DNA from: an uncultured Gemmatimonadales bacterium
GTDB lineage: Bacteria > Gemmatimonadota > Gemmatimonadetes > Longimicrobiales > RSA9
Reading direction: 5' to 3'
NCBI GenBank assembly: GCA_963708135.1
Contig: OY970192.1
Coordinates: 1,472,001 to 1,536,000, forward strand
Length of the DNA stretch: 64,000 bases
Part shown: piece by piece, positions 23,559 through 33,544 of the stretch
Layout: each line of letters begins with the position of its first letter
Numbering within the stretch: the first letter of the stretch is position 1
Program-made: the position numbers and the translations under genes
Notes under the pieces: generated by a model
What the model was told of the DNA's origin: nothing
What the model saw: only the letters and a program-made list of their open reading frames with translations
Database searches by the model: none

Positions 23559-24545
23559 ATGGCGACGACACCGGTCGAGCAGATGACTGCTTCTCCGCCG
23601 CGCCTCACGGAAGAGGTGCGGCGGGGCTTTGCCGTGCTGGTGCCCGCCTACAACGAGGCGGACAACATGCGTGAGCTCGTGGCGGAGCTGCGGGCCACGT
23701 TCGAGCGTTGGCAGCTCGAGGGCGAGGTGGTGCTGGTGGACGACGGCTCCACGGACGGGACGGCCGAGGCGGCGAGGCGGGAGGCGGCGGGGTGGAGCGG
23801 CTTCAAGGTGGTTTCGCACCGACGCAACTTCGGCAAGACGGAGGCGCTGCTCACGGGCGCGGAGGCGACGGACGCCGGGGTGCTCGTCCTCTTCGACGCG
23901 GATCTGCAGCATGGGACGGAGGAGATCCCACGCTTTCTGGCGCGCGTGGCGGAGGGGTGGGACATCGTGACGGGACGGAAGGTCGGGCGCTACGAGAAGC
24001 GGGGCGTTTCCCGGGTGTACAACTGGCTGAACCGGCGCATCTTCGAGGTGCCGGTCTCGGACCTGAACTCGATGAAGGCGTTCCGGCGCGAGGTGCTGGA
24101 TGAGGTGCACCTGCGCCACGACTGGCACCGCTTCTTCGTGGTGCTGGCTTACGCGCGCGGCTTCAGCGTGACGGAGCTGGACATCGCGCTCCTGCCGCGT
24201 CGCCACGGCGTGGCAAAGTACTCCGCCCGGAGCCGGATCGTGGTGGGTCTGCTGGACCTGGTGTCGGTGGCGTTCTTCCTGTTCTTCTCGCGCAAGCCGA
24301 TGCTGTTCTTTGGCGTGAGCGGGCTCTTCACCGTGGGGCTCGGGCTGGTGGTCGGGGTGACGACGATCGTGCTCCGCGTGCTGCACACCATGCCGCCGTT
24401 CGGCTACCGCCCGCTCCTCTACCTCGTGGTTCTCCTCGAGACGCTCGGCTTCCTGCTCTTCGGCTTTGGCTTCGTGGCCGAGCAGAGCGCCCAGCAGCAG
24501 GCCGAACTGGACGCGCTGCGTACCCGCCTGCTCAAGCGGAAGTAG
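23559..24545 (+). CDS. GT2 glycosyltransferase, ArnC/GtrB-like (polyprenyl-phosphate sugar loader)
   Basis: VPAYNE, DDGSTD, RNFGK, DADLQ, two C-terminal TM helices. Confidence 0.9.
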   Translation: MATTPVEQMTASPPRLTEEVRRGFAVLVPAYNEADNMRELVAELRATFERWQLEGEVVLVDDGSTDGTAEAARREAAGWSGFKVVSHRRNFGKTEALLTGAEATDAGVLVLFDADLQHGTEEIPRFLARVAEGWDIVTGRKVGRYEKRGVSRVYNWLNRRIFEVPVSDLNSMKAFRREVLDEVHLRHDWHRFFVVLAYARGFSVTELDIALLPRRHGVAKYSARSRIVVGLLDLVSVAFFLFFSRKPMLFFGVSGLFTVGLGLVVGVTTIVLRVLHTMPPFGYRPLLYLVVLLETLGFLLFGFGFVAEQSAQQQAELDALRTRLLKRK

Positions 24546-24555
24546 CGCGAGCGCC

Positions 24556-25476
24556 ATGGCCAGCGAGCGACCGCTGTTCCCCGACGGCTACCCCCCGGCC
24601 GAGATCTTCGATCGGCTGGAGGAGGCGGCGCCGCTGCGGGAGATGCAGGGGTTCGCCGACCGCTTCCGCGAGGCGAATCCCGCGGCGCTGGCGCGCTACG
24701 CCCGCCAATGGGTGCCGGATCCGCTGCACCACTGGTCACGCCAATGGGAGTACCCGTACGTCTACGAGCGGCTGCGCGAGGAGCTCGGGGAGCGGTCCGC
24801 CGCGGCCGGCGGCGCGCGAATTCTCGACGCGGGGTCGGGCCTCACCTTTTTCCCGCATTTTCTGGCCGAGCGCCTCCCGCTCGCGCGGGTGGACTGCTGC
24901 GACCGGGATCCGCTCATCGAGGACGACGCCGCCCTGCTCCTGCCGCCGGCGAGCGCCGCCGTCGCCTACTCCACGCAGGACCTGTCGGCGCTCCGGTTCC
25001 CGGACGCGACCTTCGATGCCGTGTACTGCGTGTCCGTGCTGGAGCACAGCGACCGCAGGGAGGCGATCGCGGCGGAGTTCGCGCGCGTGCTGAAGCCGGG
25101 CGGACTGCTGGTGCTGACCATCGATGTGTCGCGGGATGGGCGTGCGGAGATCCCGCCGGAGGAGGCGGCCCGGCTGGTGGCGGAGGTCTCGGCGCGGTTC
25201 GACGCGGCGGGGGAGTACGGGGACGCGGTGCGGGGCGGGGAGCGGGGGGACGTGGCGACGACCGCGCACGCGTACGCGCTCGACCCCACGCTGCTGCCGT
25301 GGACCCCCGCCGGTGGGGAGGTGCTGCGGCGGCTGCTCCGGCCGTGGTCGTTCCCCTGGGTGCGGGCCATCCGGCGCGTGCTGCGCCGGAGCACCGGCGG
25401 GCCGGCGTACCCGGACCTCACGTTCTTCTGCATGGCGTGGCGGCGTGGCGGCGTGGCGGCGGAGGGCGGCGGGTGA
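24556..25476 (+). CDS. Class I SAM-dependent methyltransferase
   Basis: ILDAGSG, FDAVYCVSVLEH, RVLKPGG. Confidence 0.88.
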   Translation: MASERPLFPDGYPPAEIFDRLEEAAPLREMQGFADRFREANPAALARYARQWVPDPLHHWSRQWEYPYVYERLREELGERSAAAGGARILDAGSGLTFFPHFLAERLPLARVDCCDRDPLIEDDAALLLPPASAAVAYSTQDLSALRFPDATFDAVYCVSVLEHSDRREAIAAEFARVLKPGGLLVLTIDVSRDGRAEIPPEEAARLVAEVSARFDAAGEYGDAVRGGERGDVATTAHAYALDPTLLPWTPAGGEVLRRLLRPWSFPWVRAIRRVLRRSTGGPAYPDLTFFCMAWRRGGVAAEGGG

Positions 25477-26639
25477 GCCCGCGCGCGCTGGTGGTGGTCG
25501 GAACCCGGCCGGAGGGGATCAAGCTGGCGCCGGTGGTGCGGGGGCTGGAGGAGCGCGCGGCCGAGATCGAGACGCGGGTCGCGCTGACGGGGCAGCACAG
25601 CGAGCTGCTGGACCAGGTGCTGGACGTGTTCGGGGTCGCCGCGGCGTGGGACCTGGAGATCATGCGGGAGGGGCAGGACCTCTACGACGTGGCCCACCGC
25701 TGCCTGGACGGTCTCCGCGCAGTGGTGGCGGAATGGGCGCCGGACATCGTCCTCGTGCAGGGCGACACGGCGACGGTGTTCTTCGGGGCGCTCGTCGCCT
25801 TCTTCGAGAAGACGCGGGTGGGGCACGTGGAGGCGGGCCTGCGCAGCCGGGACAAGTGGCGGCCGTTCCCGGAGGAGATGCTCCGGCGCATGACGGGTGT
25901 GCTGGCGGACCTGCACTTCGCGCCGACCGCCGAGGCGCGCGAGAACCTGCTGGCGGAGGGCGTTCCGGGATCGTCGGTGTTCCTGACGGGCAACACCGTC
26001 GTGGACGCGCTCCAGGAGGTGGCCGGCGCGGCGGGAGCGCCCGTGGACGCGGAGCTCGGGCGCGCGCTCGAGGAGGGGGGCCGGGTGGTGCTGGTCACCG
26101 CGCACCGGCGCGAGTCGTTCGGCGCGCCGCTGCGGGAGGCGTTCGGCGCGATCCGGGAGGCGGCGGACCGCTTCCCGGACACGGTGTTCGTCTACCCCGT
26201 GCACCCGAATCCGGCCGTGCGCCGCGCGGCTTCCGAGGTGCTCTCCGGCCATCCGCGGATCCGTCTGACGGAGCCGCTCGCCTACAGGGACCTCGTGATC
26301 GCGCTGCGCAGCGCCGCGCTGGTGCTCACCGACTCGGGCGGGATCCAGGAGGAGGCGCCGAGCTTCGGCGTCCCGGTCCTCGTGCTGCGCGAGGTGACGG
26401 AGCGGCCCGAGGCGGTGCGCGCGGGGGCGGCCCGGCTGGTGGGCACGGATCGGGCGGCGATCCTCGCCGGGGTGGAGGCGGCGCTCGCGCCGGACGGCGC
26501 ATGGGCCCGTCAGCGGATCGTGAATCCCTACGGCGATGGCGCCGCCGGCCGGCGGATCGCGGACATCGTGGTGCACGCGCTGACGGGCGCGCCGCGGCGG
26601 ACGGAAGACTGGACGGGCCCGGAGGGTGCGCGGCCGTGA
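25473..26639 (+). CDS. wecB: UDP-N-acetylglucosamine 2-epimerase (non-hydrolysing)
   Basis: GTRPEGIK, TGQH, VQGDT, HVEAGLRS, TAHRRES, DSGGIQEEAP, NPYGDG. Confidence 0.95.
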   Translation: MSPRALVVVGTRPEGIKLAPVVRGLEERAAEIETRVALTGQHSELLDQVLDVFGVAAAWDLEIMREGQDLYDVAHRCLDGLRAVVAEWAPDIVLVQGDTATVFFGALVAFFEKTRVGHVEAGLRSRDKWRPFPEEMLRRMTGVLADLHFAPTAEARENLLAEGVPGSSVFLTGNTVVDALQEVAGAAGAPVDAELGRALEEGGRVVLVTAHRRESFGAPLREAFGAIREAADRFPDTVFVYPVHPNPAVRRAASEVLSGHPRIRLTEPLAYRDLVIALRSAALVLTDSGGIQEEAPSFGVPVLVLREVTERPEAVRAGAARLVGTDRAAILAGVEAALAPDGAWARQRIVNPYGDGAAGRRIADIVVHALTGAPRRTEDWTGPEGARP

Positions 26640-27757
26640 ACGTCCTGCAGCAGTGCATCTACTTCCCGCCGGAGGTAGGCGGCCTCGAGAGCCACGCCTA
26701 CTATCTGTGCCGGGAGCTCGTGCGACAGGGCGACGCGGTGACCATGCTGACGTCGCGCTCGATGCCGGGGACGCCCGCGGCGGAAGTGATGGACGGCGTG
26801 CGCGTGCGGCGGATGTGGTTCCCGGGGAAGAGCCCGGCGGGGTGGGTGCTGCACACGCTCTGGACGGTTCCGGCCTATCAGCGGCTGGCGGGGTGGGCGG
26901 ACGTGCTGCACGCGCAGACCTTCGCCTCCGCGGTGCCGGCACTCGTGGCCCGGCGACGACTCGGGAAGCCGGTGGTGCTGACGCTGCATACGTCGCATTT
27001 TCTCCGGCTGGCGAAGAGGCCGATGTGGCGGCCGGTCCTGGCGCGGATCATCCGCGGCGCGGATTGGCTCCTGGCGGCGAGCGAGGAAATCCGGGACGTG
27101 GCGCTGGACCTCTATCCGCATGCGCGGGCGGAAGCGCTGACGAACGGGGTGGATACGTCGGTGTTCCGGCCGGTCGAGCCGGCGTTGCGGCGGGAGGGTG
27201 GGCGGGCGCGGATCATCGTGCCGCGCCGGCTGTACCCGAAGAACGGCGTGGAGTCGCTGGTGCGGGCGGTGCCGCTGCTCGCGGCGCGACTGGACGTGGA
27301 GGCGGTGATCGTCGGGGACGGCCCGGAGCGAAGCCGGCTGGAAGCGCTCGCGCGCGAGCTGGGCGTGGAGGCGCGGATCCGCTTCCTGGGCGCGCGGCCG
27401 AACACGGAGCTGCCGGGGCTCCTCTGCTCGGGAGACGCGGCCGTGATCCCGTCGCTCATGGAGGCGACCAGCGTCGCGGCGCTCGAGGCAATGAGCTGCG
27501 AGCGGCCCGTGGCGGCATCGGCGGTGGGCGGGCTGCCCGAGATCGTGGATGAGGCGGTCGGGACGCTGTTCCGGCCGGCGGATCCGGCGGACCTGGCCGA
27601 GCGCGTGGCGGCGCTGCTCGCGGCGCCCGACCGGGCGGAGCGCGGGCGGGAGGCGCGGCGCCGGGTGGTGGAGCGCTGGAGCGTGGCGCGGCTGGCACGC
27701 CGGCACAGGGAGATCTACAGGACGCTGCTGGAGGAAAAGGCGGAGGCGCGGACGTGA
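26636..27757 (+). CDS. GT4 (GT-B) glycosyltransferase
   Basis: YFPPEVGG, TNGVD, VGDGPE, E-x7-E motif (EATSVAALEAM), VGGLPEIV. Confidence 0.92.
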   Translation: MNVLQQCIYFPPEVGGLESHAYYLCRELVRQGDAVTMLTSRSMPGTPAAEVMDGVRVRRMWFPGKSPAGWVLHTLWTVPAYQRLAGWADVLHAQTFASAVPALVARRRLGKPVVLTLHTSHFLRLAKRPMWRPVLARIIRGADWLLAASEEIRDVALDLYPHARAEALTNGVDTSVFRPVEPALRREGGRARIIVPRRLYPKNGVESLVRAVPLLAARLDVEAVIVGDGPERSRLEALARELGVEARIRFLGARPNTELPGLLCSGDAAVIPSLMEATSVAALEAMSCERPVAASAVGGLPEIVDEAVGTLFRPADPADLAERVAALLAAPDRAERGREARRRVVERWSVARLARRHREIYRTLLEEKAEART

Positions 27758-30228
27758 CGAGGAGGCCGAAACGTGGGGCGGGCGGGCGGAGCACGCCGGC
27801 GAGCGCGCGGGGCGCGGAGGCGGAGCGGCCGCTGCCGGCGTGGCTGCCGCTCGTGGTATACGCGCTGCTGGTGGTCGTGCTGTTCCGCGCGTTCGTCTTC
27901 TCGGACCAGATGCTGTTCGGGACGGACACGCTCGCGCTGGGCTACTTCGCGCGCGACTTCTACCGGAACTTCGTCCTCTCGCTGCACCACTTCCCGCTCT
28001 GGGATCCCTACCTGTTCGGCGGGCTTCCATTCGTGGACGGGATGCACGGCGACATCTTCTATCCCACGACCGTGCTGCTCTTCCTGATGAAGACATCGCG
28101 GGCGCTGGGGTGGCGGCTCATCGTGCACATCTTCCTGGCCGGGATCTTCACCTACGGCTGGTTGCGCCAGATCGGGGCGAGGCGGGCGGGGGCGTTCTTC
28201 GCCGGCCTGGTCTACATGCTGGGCGCGCACCTGGTCAGCCTGATCTACCCGGGCGGCGACGGCAAGATCTTCAACGCCACGCTCATGCCCCTGCTGTTCT
28301 GGCTCACGGAGCGCGCGGCGGCGCGCCGCCGCTACGCGGACTTCGTGTTCCTGGCGCTCGGCGTGTCGCTCATGATCTACACGTCGCACATGCAGGTGGC
28401 GTACTTCGCCATCTGGGGGTTCTCGCTCTACTTCATCTTCCGGCTCGGGCAGATGTGGCGCGCGCAGCGCAGCCCACGCTCCGCGGCGCGGCTGCTTGCG
28501 CTCTTCGCGCTCTCCGGGCTGGTGGGCGCGGCGGCGTCGGCGGTGCAGCTCGTGCCACCGTACGTGTACCTGAACAGGAGCTCGCACCGCGCGGAAAAGA
28601 CGGTCGAGGCCGGCGCGACGCGCGGCTACGAGTACTCGACCTCCTGGTCGCTGCATCCGGAGGAGGCCGTCTCTCTCGTGGTGCCGGAGTTCGCCGGGAC
28701 GAGCGTCTCTACGCCCTCCTCACCCGAGAACACCTACTGGGGCCGCAACGCGTTCAAGCTGAACGCCGAGTACGCCGGCTTCATCCCGCTGCTGCTGATC
28801 CCGTTCGTGTTCTTCCGGCGCCGGCGCAGGGGCCGCGCCTGGTTCTTCATCGGCCTCGGCGTGCTCGCGCTCCTCTACGCGCTCGGAGACACGACGCCGT
28901 TCTTCCATCTGTTCTACGCGCTGGTCCCGGGGGTGAAGCTGTTCCGCGCGCCCTCCACGATCATCCCGCTCTACGCGCTGATGGTGGCCACGCTGGGCGG
29001 CCTCGGCCTCGACGCGCTGCTCGAGCGGGGCGGGGAGGAGGCGGCCGGCCGGGAGGGGACGGGCGGAACGGGAAGCCGCTATCTCTGGATCGCCGCGGGC
29101 GTGCTCCTCGTTCTCGCGCTGCTGTCCTCGGGCGATACCCTCGCGAAGGTCTGGATCGCGGCGTTCTACCGCGACATTCCGCCCGACAAGCTGCAGGCGC
29201 TGGAGGCGAACCTCCCGTCGATGCGGGCGGGCTTCTGGATCACGTTCGTCCTCGCCGCGGCGGTGGCCGGGGTGTGGGAGGCGATGCGGCGCGGGATGCT
29301 CGGGCGGCGGGCGGCGTTCGGGGTGATCGCGGTGCTGGGGCTGCTCGACGTATGGCGGGTGGACCCGCAGTTCATCGAGGTGATGGACCCGCAGCCGGTG
29401 TTCGGAGCGGACGACGTCGTCGCGTTCCTGAAGCAGCAGCAGACGAAGGGCGAGGTCTTCCGGGTGCTCGATGCGGGCGCGTACAGCCAGACGCCGGACT
29501 ACCTGGCCGACTACGGCATCGAGCAGATGGCCGGGCACCACGGCAACGAGATGGCCCGCTACCGGGACCTGATCGGCGGCACCGAGCTGCGCAACGTCTC
29601 CGCCTCCGGGCTGCGGCTGCTCAACCTGCTGAACGTTGCCTACCTGGTCGCGCCGCAGGAGGCGCGGCTGCCGCCCGGCTATACGGAGGCGTACAAGGGA
29701 AGCCGCGGGGCGGTGGTGTACCGCAACGACAACGCGCTGCCGCGAGCGTTCCTGGTGGACGCGACGCGCGTGGTGCCGGACTCGCAGGCGGTGGCGCGGC
29801 TGATCTCGGCCGACTTCGACTTCCGACGGGTGGCGCTGCTGCCGGCGCCGCCGCCGGCGGAGGTCTCGCTGCCGGCCGGGGCCCCGGCCGGCGGGCTGGT
29901 CGGAACGACGCACTGGCGGGCCCACGGCGTGAACGAGCAGACGGTCGAGGTGAGCGCCACGCGGCCGGCGCTGCTCGTGGTCACGGACAACTGGTACGAT
30001 GCCTGGCGGGCGACGGTGGACGGCGCACCCGCGCCCGTGCTCCGCGCAGATTACAGCTTCCGAGGGATCCCGGTTCCCGCGGGCGCGCACGTCGTCACGC
30101 TGCGCTACGTCTCGCCGATGCTCGTCGATGCGGCGTGGGTCTCGGTGCTGGTGCTGGCGGTGCTGGCGGTGCTGGCCGTGTGGAGCTGGCTGCGGCCGAC
30201 CGGCTGGCTGGCGCGGGAGCGGCCGTGA
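27754..30228 (+). CDS. YfhO-like polytopic membrane glycosyltransferase (GT-C)
   Basis: PLWDPYLFGGLPF, FYP, many TM helices, FRAP motif, C-terminal ALPRAF...LLVVTDNWYDAWRATVDG...VPAGAHVVTLRY; 824 aa. Confidence 0.85.
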   Translation: MTRRPKRGAGGRSTPASARGAEAERPLPAWLPLVVYALLVVVLFRAFVFSDQMLFGTDTLALGYFARDFYRNFVLSLHHFPLWDPYLFGGLPFVDGMHGDIFYPTTVLLFLMKTSRALGWRLIVHIFLAGIFTYGWLRQIGARRAGAFFAGLVYMLGAHLVSLIYPGGDGKIFNATLMPLLFWLTERAAARRRYADFVFLALGVSLMIYTSHMQVAYFAIWGFSLYFIFRLGQMWRAQRSPRSAARLLALFALSGLVGAAASAVQLVPPYVYLNRSSHRAEKTVEAGATRGYEYSTSWSLHPEEAVSLVVPEFAGTSVSTPSSPENTYWGRNAFKLNAEYAGFIPLLLIPFVFFRRRRRGRAWFFIGLGVLALLYALGDTTPFFHLFYALVPGVKLFRAPSTIIPLYALMVATLGGLGLDALLERGGEEAAGREGTGGTGSRYLWIAAGVLLVLALLSSGDTLAKVWIAAFYRDIPPDKLQALEANLPSMRAGFWITFVLAAAVAGVWEAMRRGMLGRRAAFGVIAVLGLLDVWRVDPQFIEVMDPQPVFGADDVVAFLKQQQTKGEVFRVLDAGAYSQTPDYLADYGIEQMAGHHGNEMARYRDLIGGTELRNVSASGLRLLNLLNVAYLVAPQEARLPPGYTEAYKGSRGAVVYRNDNALPRAFLVDATRVVPDSQAVARLISADFDFRRVALLPAPPPAEVSLPAGAPAGGLVGTTHWRAHGVNEQTVEVSATRPALLVVTDNWYDAWRATVDGAPAPVLRADYSFRGIPVPAGAHVVTLRYVSPMLVDAAWVSVLVLAVLAVLAVWSWLRPTGWLARERP

Positions 30229-30944
30229 TGGAGAAGGCGCCGCTCACCGCCTACGATGTGCGGGATGAATACGACGAGGCGTACTACCGGCGCCTGTCGG
30301 AGAGCTACGAGAGCGAGAACCGCTTCTCGCGCCAGCGGATCCGCAACGTGCTCTCGCTGCTGCCGGAGCTGCGGGACAGGCGCCTGCTCGACATGGGTTG
30401 CGGGATGGGCACGTTCACGCTGGAGGCGGCCGAGCGAGGCGCGTGGACGCTCGGCCTCGACTTCACCGCGGCCGCGGTGCGGGAGGGGAAGCGGATCGGA
30501 GAGTCGCACGGGGTCGCCGGCGCCCGGTTCGTGCAGGGAGACGCGGCCGCGCTTCCGCTCCGCGATGGGAGCCTGGACGCGGTTGTGGCCGCGGACTTCA
30601 CGGAACACCTGGACGACGAGAGCCTGCGCCGGATCCTTGCCGAGACGGCGCGGGTGCTCGCGCCGGGCGGCACGCTCGTGCTCTACACCCCTTCGCCGTC
30701 CCACCTGCTCGAGCGGCTGCGCGAGCACCGGCTACTCCTGCAGCCCTACGGCTCCCACATCGGGATGCGGTCCGCGGCGGTGCTGGCGCGGGAGGTCGAG
30801 CGGGCGGGATTCTCGGTGCGCCGCGTCGCCTTCCTGCCGTCCCACCTCCCGGGGCTGAACCAGGTGGAGCGCCTCCTCGCCCGGTGGGTGCCGCTCCTGC
30901 GGCGCAGGATCGGCCTCGTGGCCAGCAAGCCGGGGCGACGTTGA
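30228..30944 (+). CDS. Class I SAM-dependent methyltransferase
   Basis: LLDMGCGMG, GDAAALP, EHL, RVLAPGG. Confidence 0.9.
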   Translation: MEKAPLTAYDVRDEYDEAYYRRLSESYESENRFSRQRIRNVLSLLPELRDRRLLDMGCGMGTFTLEAAERGAWTLGLDFTAAAVREGKRIGESHGVAGARFVQGDAAALPLRDGSLDAVVAADFTEHLDDESLRRILAETARVLAPGGTLVLYTPSPSHLLERLREHRLLLQPYGSHIGMRSAAVLAREVERAGFSVRRVAFLPSHLPGLNQVERLLARWVPLLRRRIGLVASKPGRR

Positions 30945-32155
30945 GGCCGGCGGGGCGCTGGCTGCTGCGGGCGGTCCAGCTCGCCGCGGTCGTGGTGCTG
31001 GGGTGGGCGCTATGGCGCCGCCTCGCGCCCGAGCTGGCGCAGCTGAAGCCCGAAGACCTCACCCGCTGGCGCCCGGCGATGCTGCCGCTGCTCCTCTCGT
31101 TCGGCCTGCTCGTGGTGGTCTACCTGCTGAACGCCTTTCTCTGGCGGCGGATCCTGCGCGACATCTCGGGCCGGGAAGCGAGCCCGCGGGCCACCGTGAA
31201 GATCTATTTCCTCTCGGGCCTCGGTCGCTACGTGCCCGGCAAAGTCTGGCTGGTGGCCAGCATGGTGTATCTGGCCGGAAAGGAAGACGTTCCGCCTCTG
31301 GCCGCCACGGCGTCGGCGGTGCTGGGGCAGATCGGCTTTCTCACCACGGGGCTGCTGTTCCTCGCCCTCACCTTGCCCAGCTACGGGGGCCTCGGCTCGG
31401 CGATCCTGGCCGCGCTCGCCGCCCTCGCCGCCCTCGTCGCGGGGATCTTCTTCCTCAGCGCGAGCGGGCCGGGCGCCCGGCTGCGCCACCTCGTGGCGCA
31501 CCACGTGGGCGAGAGGGCGGCGCGCGCCTTCGAGATCTTCGACCGGATCCGGCCCCGGACCGCGCTCGTATGGGGGCTCGGCTACCTGCTGGCCTGGGCG
31601 CTCCTGGGCCTCGCCTTCGCCACGTTCGTGGCCGCCTTCGTGCCCGTCACCACACGGGAGCTCCGCCTGCTCGGCGGCACGGTCGCCGCCTCCTACCTGG
31701 CCGGCTACCTCTTCCTCGTGGCGCCGGCCGGGATCGGCGTCCGCGAGGGGGTGATGACGGCGCTGCTGAGCGGCGTCATGCCCGCGCCGGCCGCGCTCGT
31801 CGTCGCCGTCGTCTCGCGCATCTGGTTCACCGCGGCGGAGATCCTGCCGCTGGCGCTGCTGCCGGTACTCCCGGCGGCCCGCGGTCGGGGTGGGGACGGA
31901 GATGGCGGGCCCGGTGACGGGGGCCAGGAGCCATGGCAGCCGCCGACTTCGGAAGCGGAGGGCCGCGCACCGGATGCCGCCGGTGCGCGGCGCGGTCCGG
32001 TCGTGCCGCGCGACCCGGTGGACCGGAATGGCGCCAATGATCCGCGGGAGTCCGGCGCGCCGGAGCGCACAGGGGGCTCCGGGGACGGAGCAACCAGGCG
32101 CGACGGGGCCGCGGTCCGGACCGGACGTGGGTGGCCGGAAGGGAGGGAGGCGTGA
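30941..32155 (+). CDS. Flippase-like membrane protein (lysylphosphatidylglycerol-synthase TM/UPF0104 type) with a disordered C-terminal tail
   Basis: GRYVPGKVW and APAGIGVREG motifs; ~8 hydrophobic helices; TTG start overlaps the upstream stop. Confidence 0.8.
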   Translation: MRPAGRWLLRAVQLAAVVVLGWALWRRLAPELAQLKPEDLTRWRPAMLPLLLSFGLLVVVYLLNAFLWRRILRDISGREASPRATVKIYFLSGLGRYVPGKVWLVASMVYLAGKEDVPPLAATASAVLGQIGFLTTGLLFLALTLPSYGGLGSAILAALAALAALVAGIFFLSASGPGARLRHLVAHHVGERAARAFEIFDRIRPRTALVWGLGYLLAWALLGLAFATFVAAFVPVTTRELRLLGGTVAASYLAGYLFLVAPAGIGVREGVMTALLSGVMPAPAALVVAVVSRIWFTAAEILPLALLPVLPAARGRGGDGDGGPGDGGQEPWQPPTSEAEGRAPDAAGARRGPVVPRDPVDRNGANDPRESGAPERTGGSGDGATRRDGAAVRTGRGWPEGREA

Positions 32156-32889
32156 GCGGAGGAGGGGCGGGGCAGCGGGCGCTGGTGATCATCCCGACCT
32201 ACAACGAGAGTCAGAACCTGCCGCGCCTCCTGCCGATGGTGCTGGAGCAGGATCCACGTCTCGAAGTGCTGGTCATCGATGACGCCTCGCCCGACGGGAC
32301 GGGGGCGGTAGCGGACGAGCTGGCGTCGGCCGATCCTAGAATTCACATCATCCATCGGGCTGGAAAGCTAGGTCTTGGAACCGCTTACATTTCCGGGTTC
32401 AAGTGGGGACTGGAGCGCGGCTACGACCTGCTGCTGGAGATGGACGCCGACTTCTCACACGATCCGGGACACCTGCCGCAGTTTCTGGAGGCGGCGCACG
32501 ACTACGACGTGGTGCTGGGCTCGCGCTACCTGGACGGGCGCGTGACGGTGATCAACTGGCCAATGGGGCGGCTGCTGCTCTCCTATTTCGCGAACCACTA
32601 CGCCCGCCTCGTCACCGGGCTGCCGGTGGCGGATGCGACGGGCGGCTACAAGTGCTTCCGGCAGACGGTGCTGGAGTCGATCGACCTGGACGTGGTGGAA
32701 TCGGAGGGCTACGCCTTCCAGATCGAGATGAGCTTCCGTGCGTGGAAGCGCGGCTTCCGGCTGGGCGAGATTCCGATCGTGTTCGTGGACCGGACGCTGG
32801 GCGAGTCGAAGATGTCGAAGCGGATCGTGCGGGAGGCGGTCTGGAAGGTCTGGAAGCTGCGCTGGCTGGATCTGGTCGGTCGCTTGTAA
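32152..32889 (+). CDS. Polyprenol monophosphomannose synthase (Ppm1/Dpm1-like GT2)
   Basis: IIPTYNE, DDASPDGT, GKLGLGTAY, EMDADFSH, DATGGYKC, GYAFQIE, FVDRTLGESKMS. Confidence 0.9.
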   Translation: MSGGGAGQRALVIIPTYNESQNLPRLLPMVLEQDPRLEVLVIDDASPDGTGAVADELASADPRIHIIHRAGKLGLGTAYISGFKWGLERGYDLLLEMDADFSHDPGHLPQFLEAAHDYDVVLGSRYLDGRVTVINWPMGRLLLSYFANHYARLVTGLPVADATGGYKCFRQTVLESIDLDVVESEGYAFQIEMSFRAWKRGFRLGEIPIVFVDRTLGESKMSKRIVREAVWKVWKLRWLDLVGRL

Positions 32890-32902
32890 GTCGGGGCTCT
32901 CC

Positions 32903-33544
32903 ATGGCGATACACGATCTCCTCTGGGCCTGTCCGGCGTGCGGGACCGAGGGCGGGCTGCGGCCGTGGCGGGGTGGCGAGACCTGCACGGCCTGCGGGAG
33001 GCGCTACCGACAGCTCGGCGGAGGGCGCATCGTTGCCGAGGGAGCGGGGGAGCCCGAGGTCACGCGCGAGGCGGGGGAGTGGGCCGCGCGGCTTCCGGAG
33101 GTGCGTGGCGTCCCCGCCGGCGAGGCGATGGAGGCGGCGGTGCAGCTGCGGCGTGCCGTGGGTGACCAGGTGGTAAAGGTGGCGGGGGAGTACCTCGGCC
33201 GGGTGGAGCGGTTCGGCCCACCCGTGCCCGGGACGCTCCGCCTGACGGCCGATGCGCTCGGATTCATGCCGGAGAGTGGAGGGGAAGAGCTTGCCTGGGG
33301 ACTCGAGGAGCTGACGGCGGTGCAGCTCAGCTCGGGCAGCCTCCAGCTAAAGTTCCGCAGGAAGCCGCTGGCCTCGTTCCGCTTCCGCGACAGCTCGCCA
33401 CGCCTCTGGGAGGCACGCCTCGGGGCCACGCTCCGCGCGCTCTATGCCCGGAGAGGCTGGGGAGAAGTCCGCGAGATGCAGCCACGGATCGCGGTGCGGC
33501 CCGGCTCCGCCACGCCAGGGCCGGAGAGCGCGGGGGACGCGTGA
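32903..33544 (+). CDS. Hypothetical protein: N-terminal Zn ribbon plus PH-like beta domain
   Basis: LWACPACG...CTACG; GTLRLTADALGF; overlaps the plsC start (GTGA). Confidence 0.7.
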   Translation: MAIHDLLWACPACGTEGGLRPWRGGETCTACGRRYRQLGGGRIVAEGAGEPEVTREAGEWAARLPEVRGVPAGEAMEAAVQLRRAVGDQVVKVAGEYLGRVERFGPPVPGTLRLTADALGFMPESGGEELAWGLEELTAVQLSSGSLQLKFRRKPLASFRFRDSSPRLWEARLGATLRALYARRGWGEVREMQPRIAVRPGSATPGPESAGDA

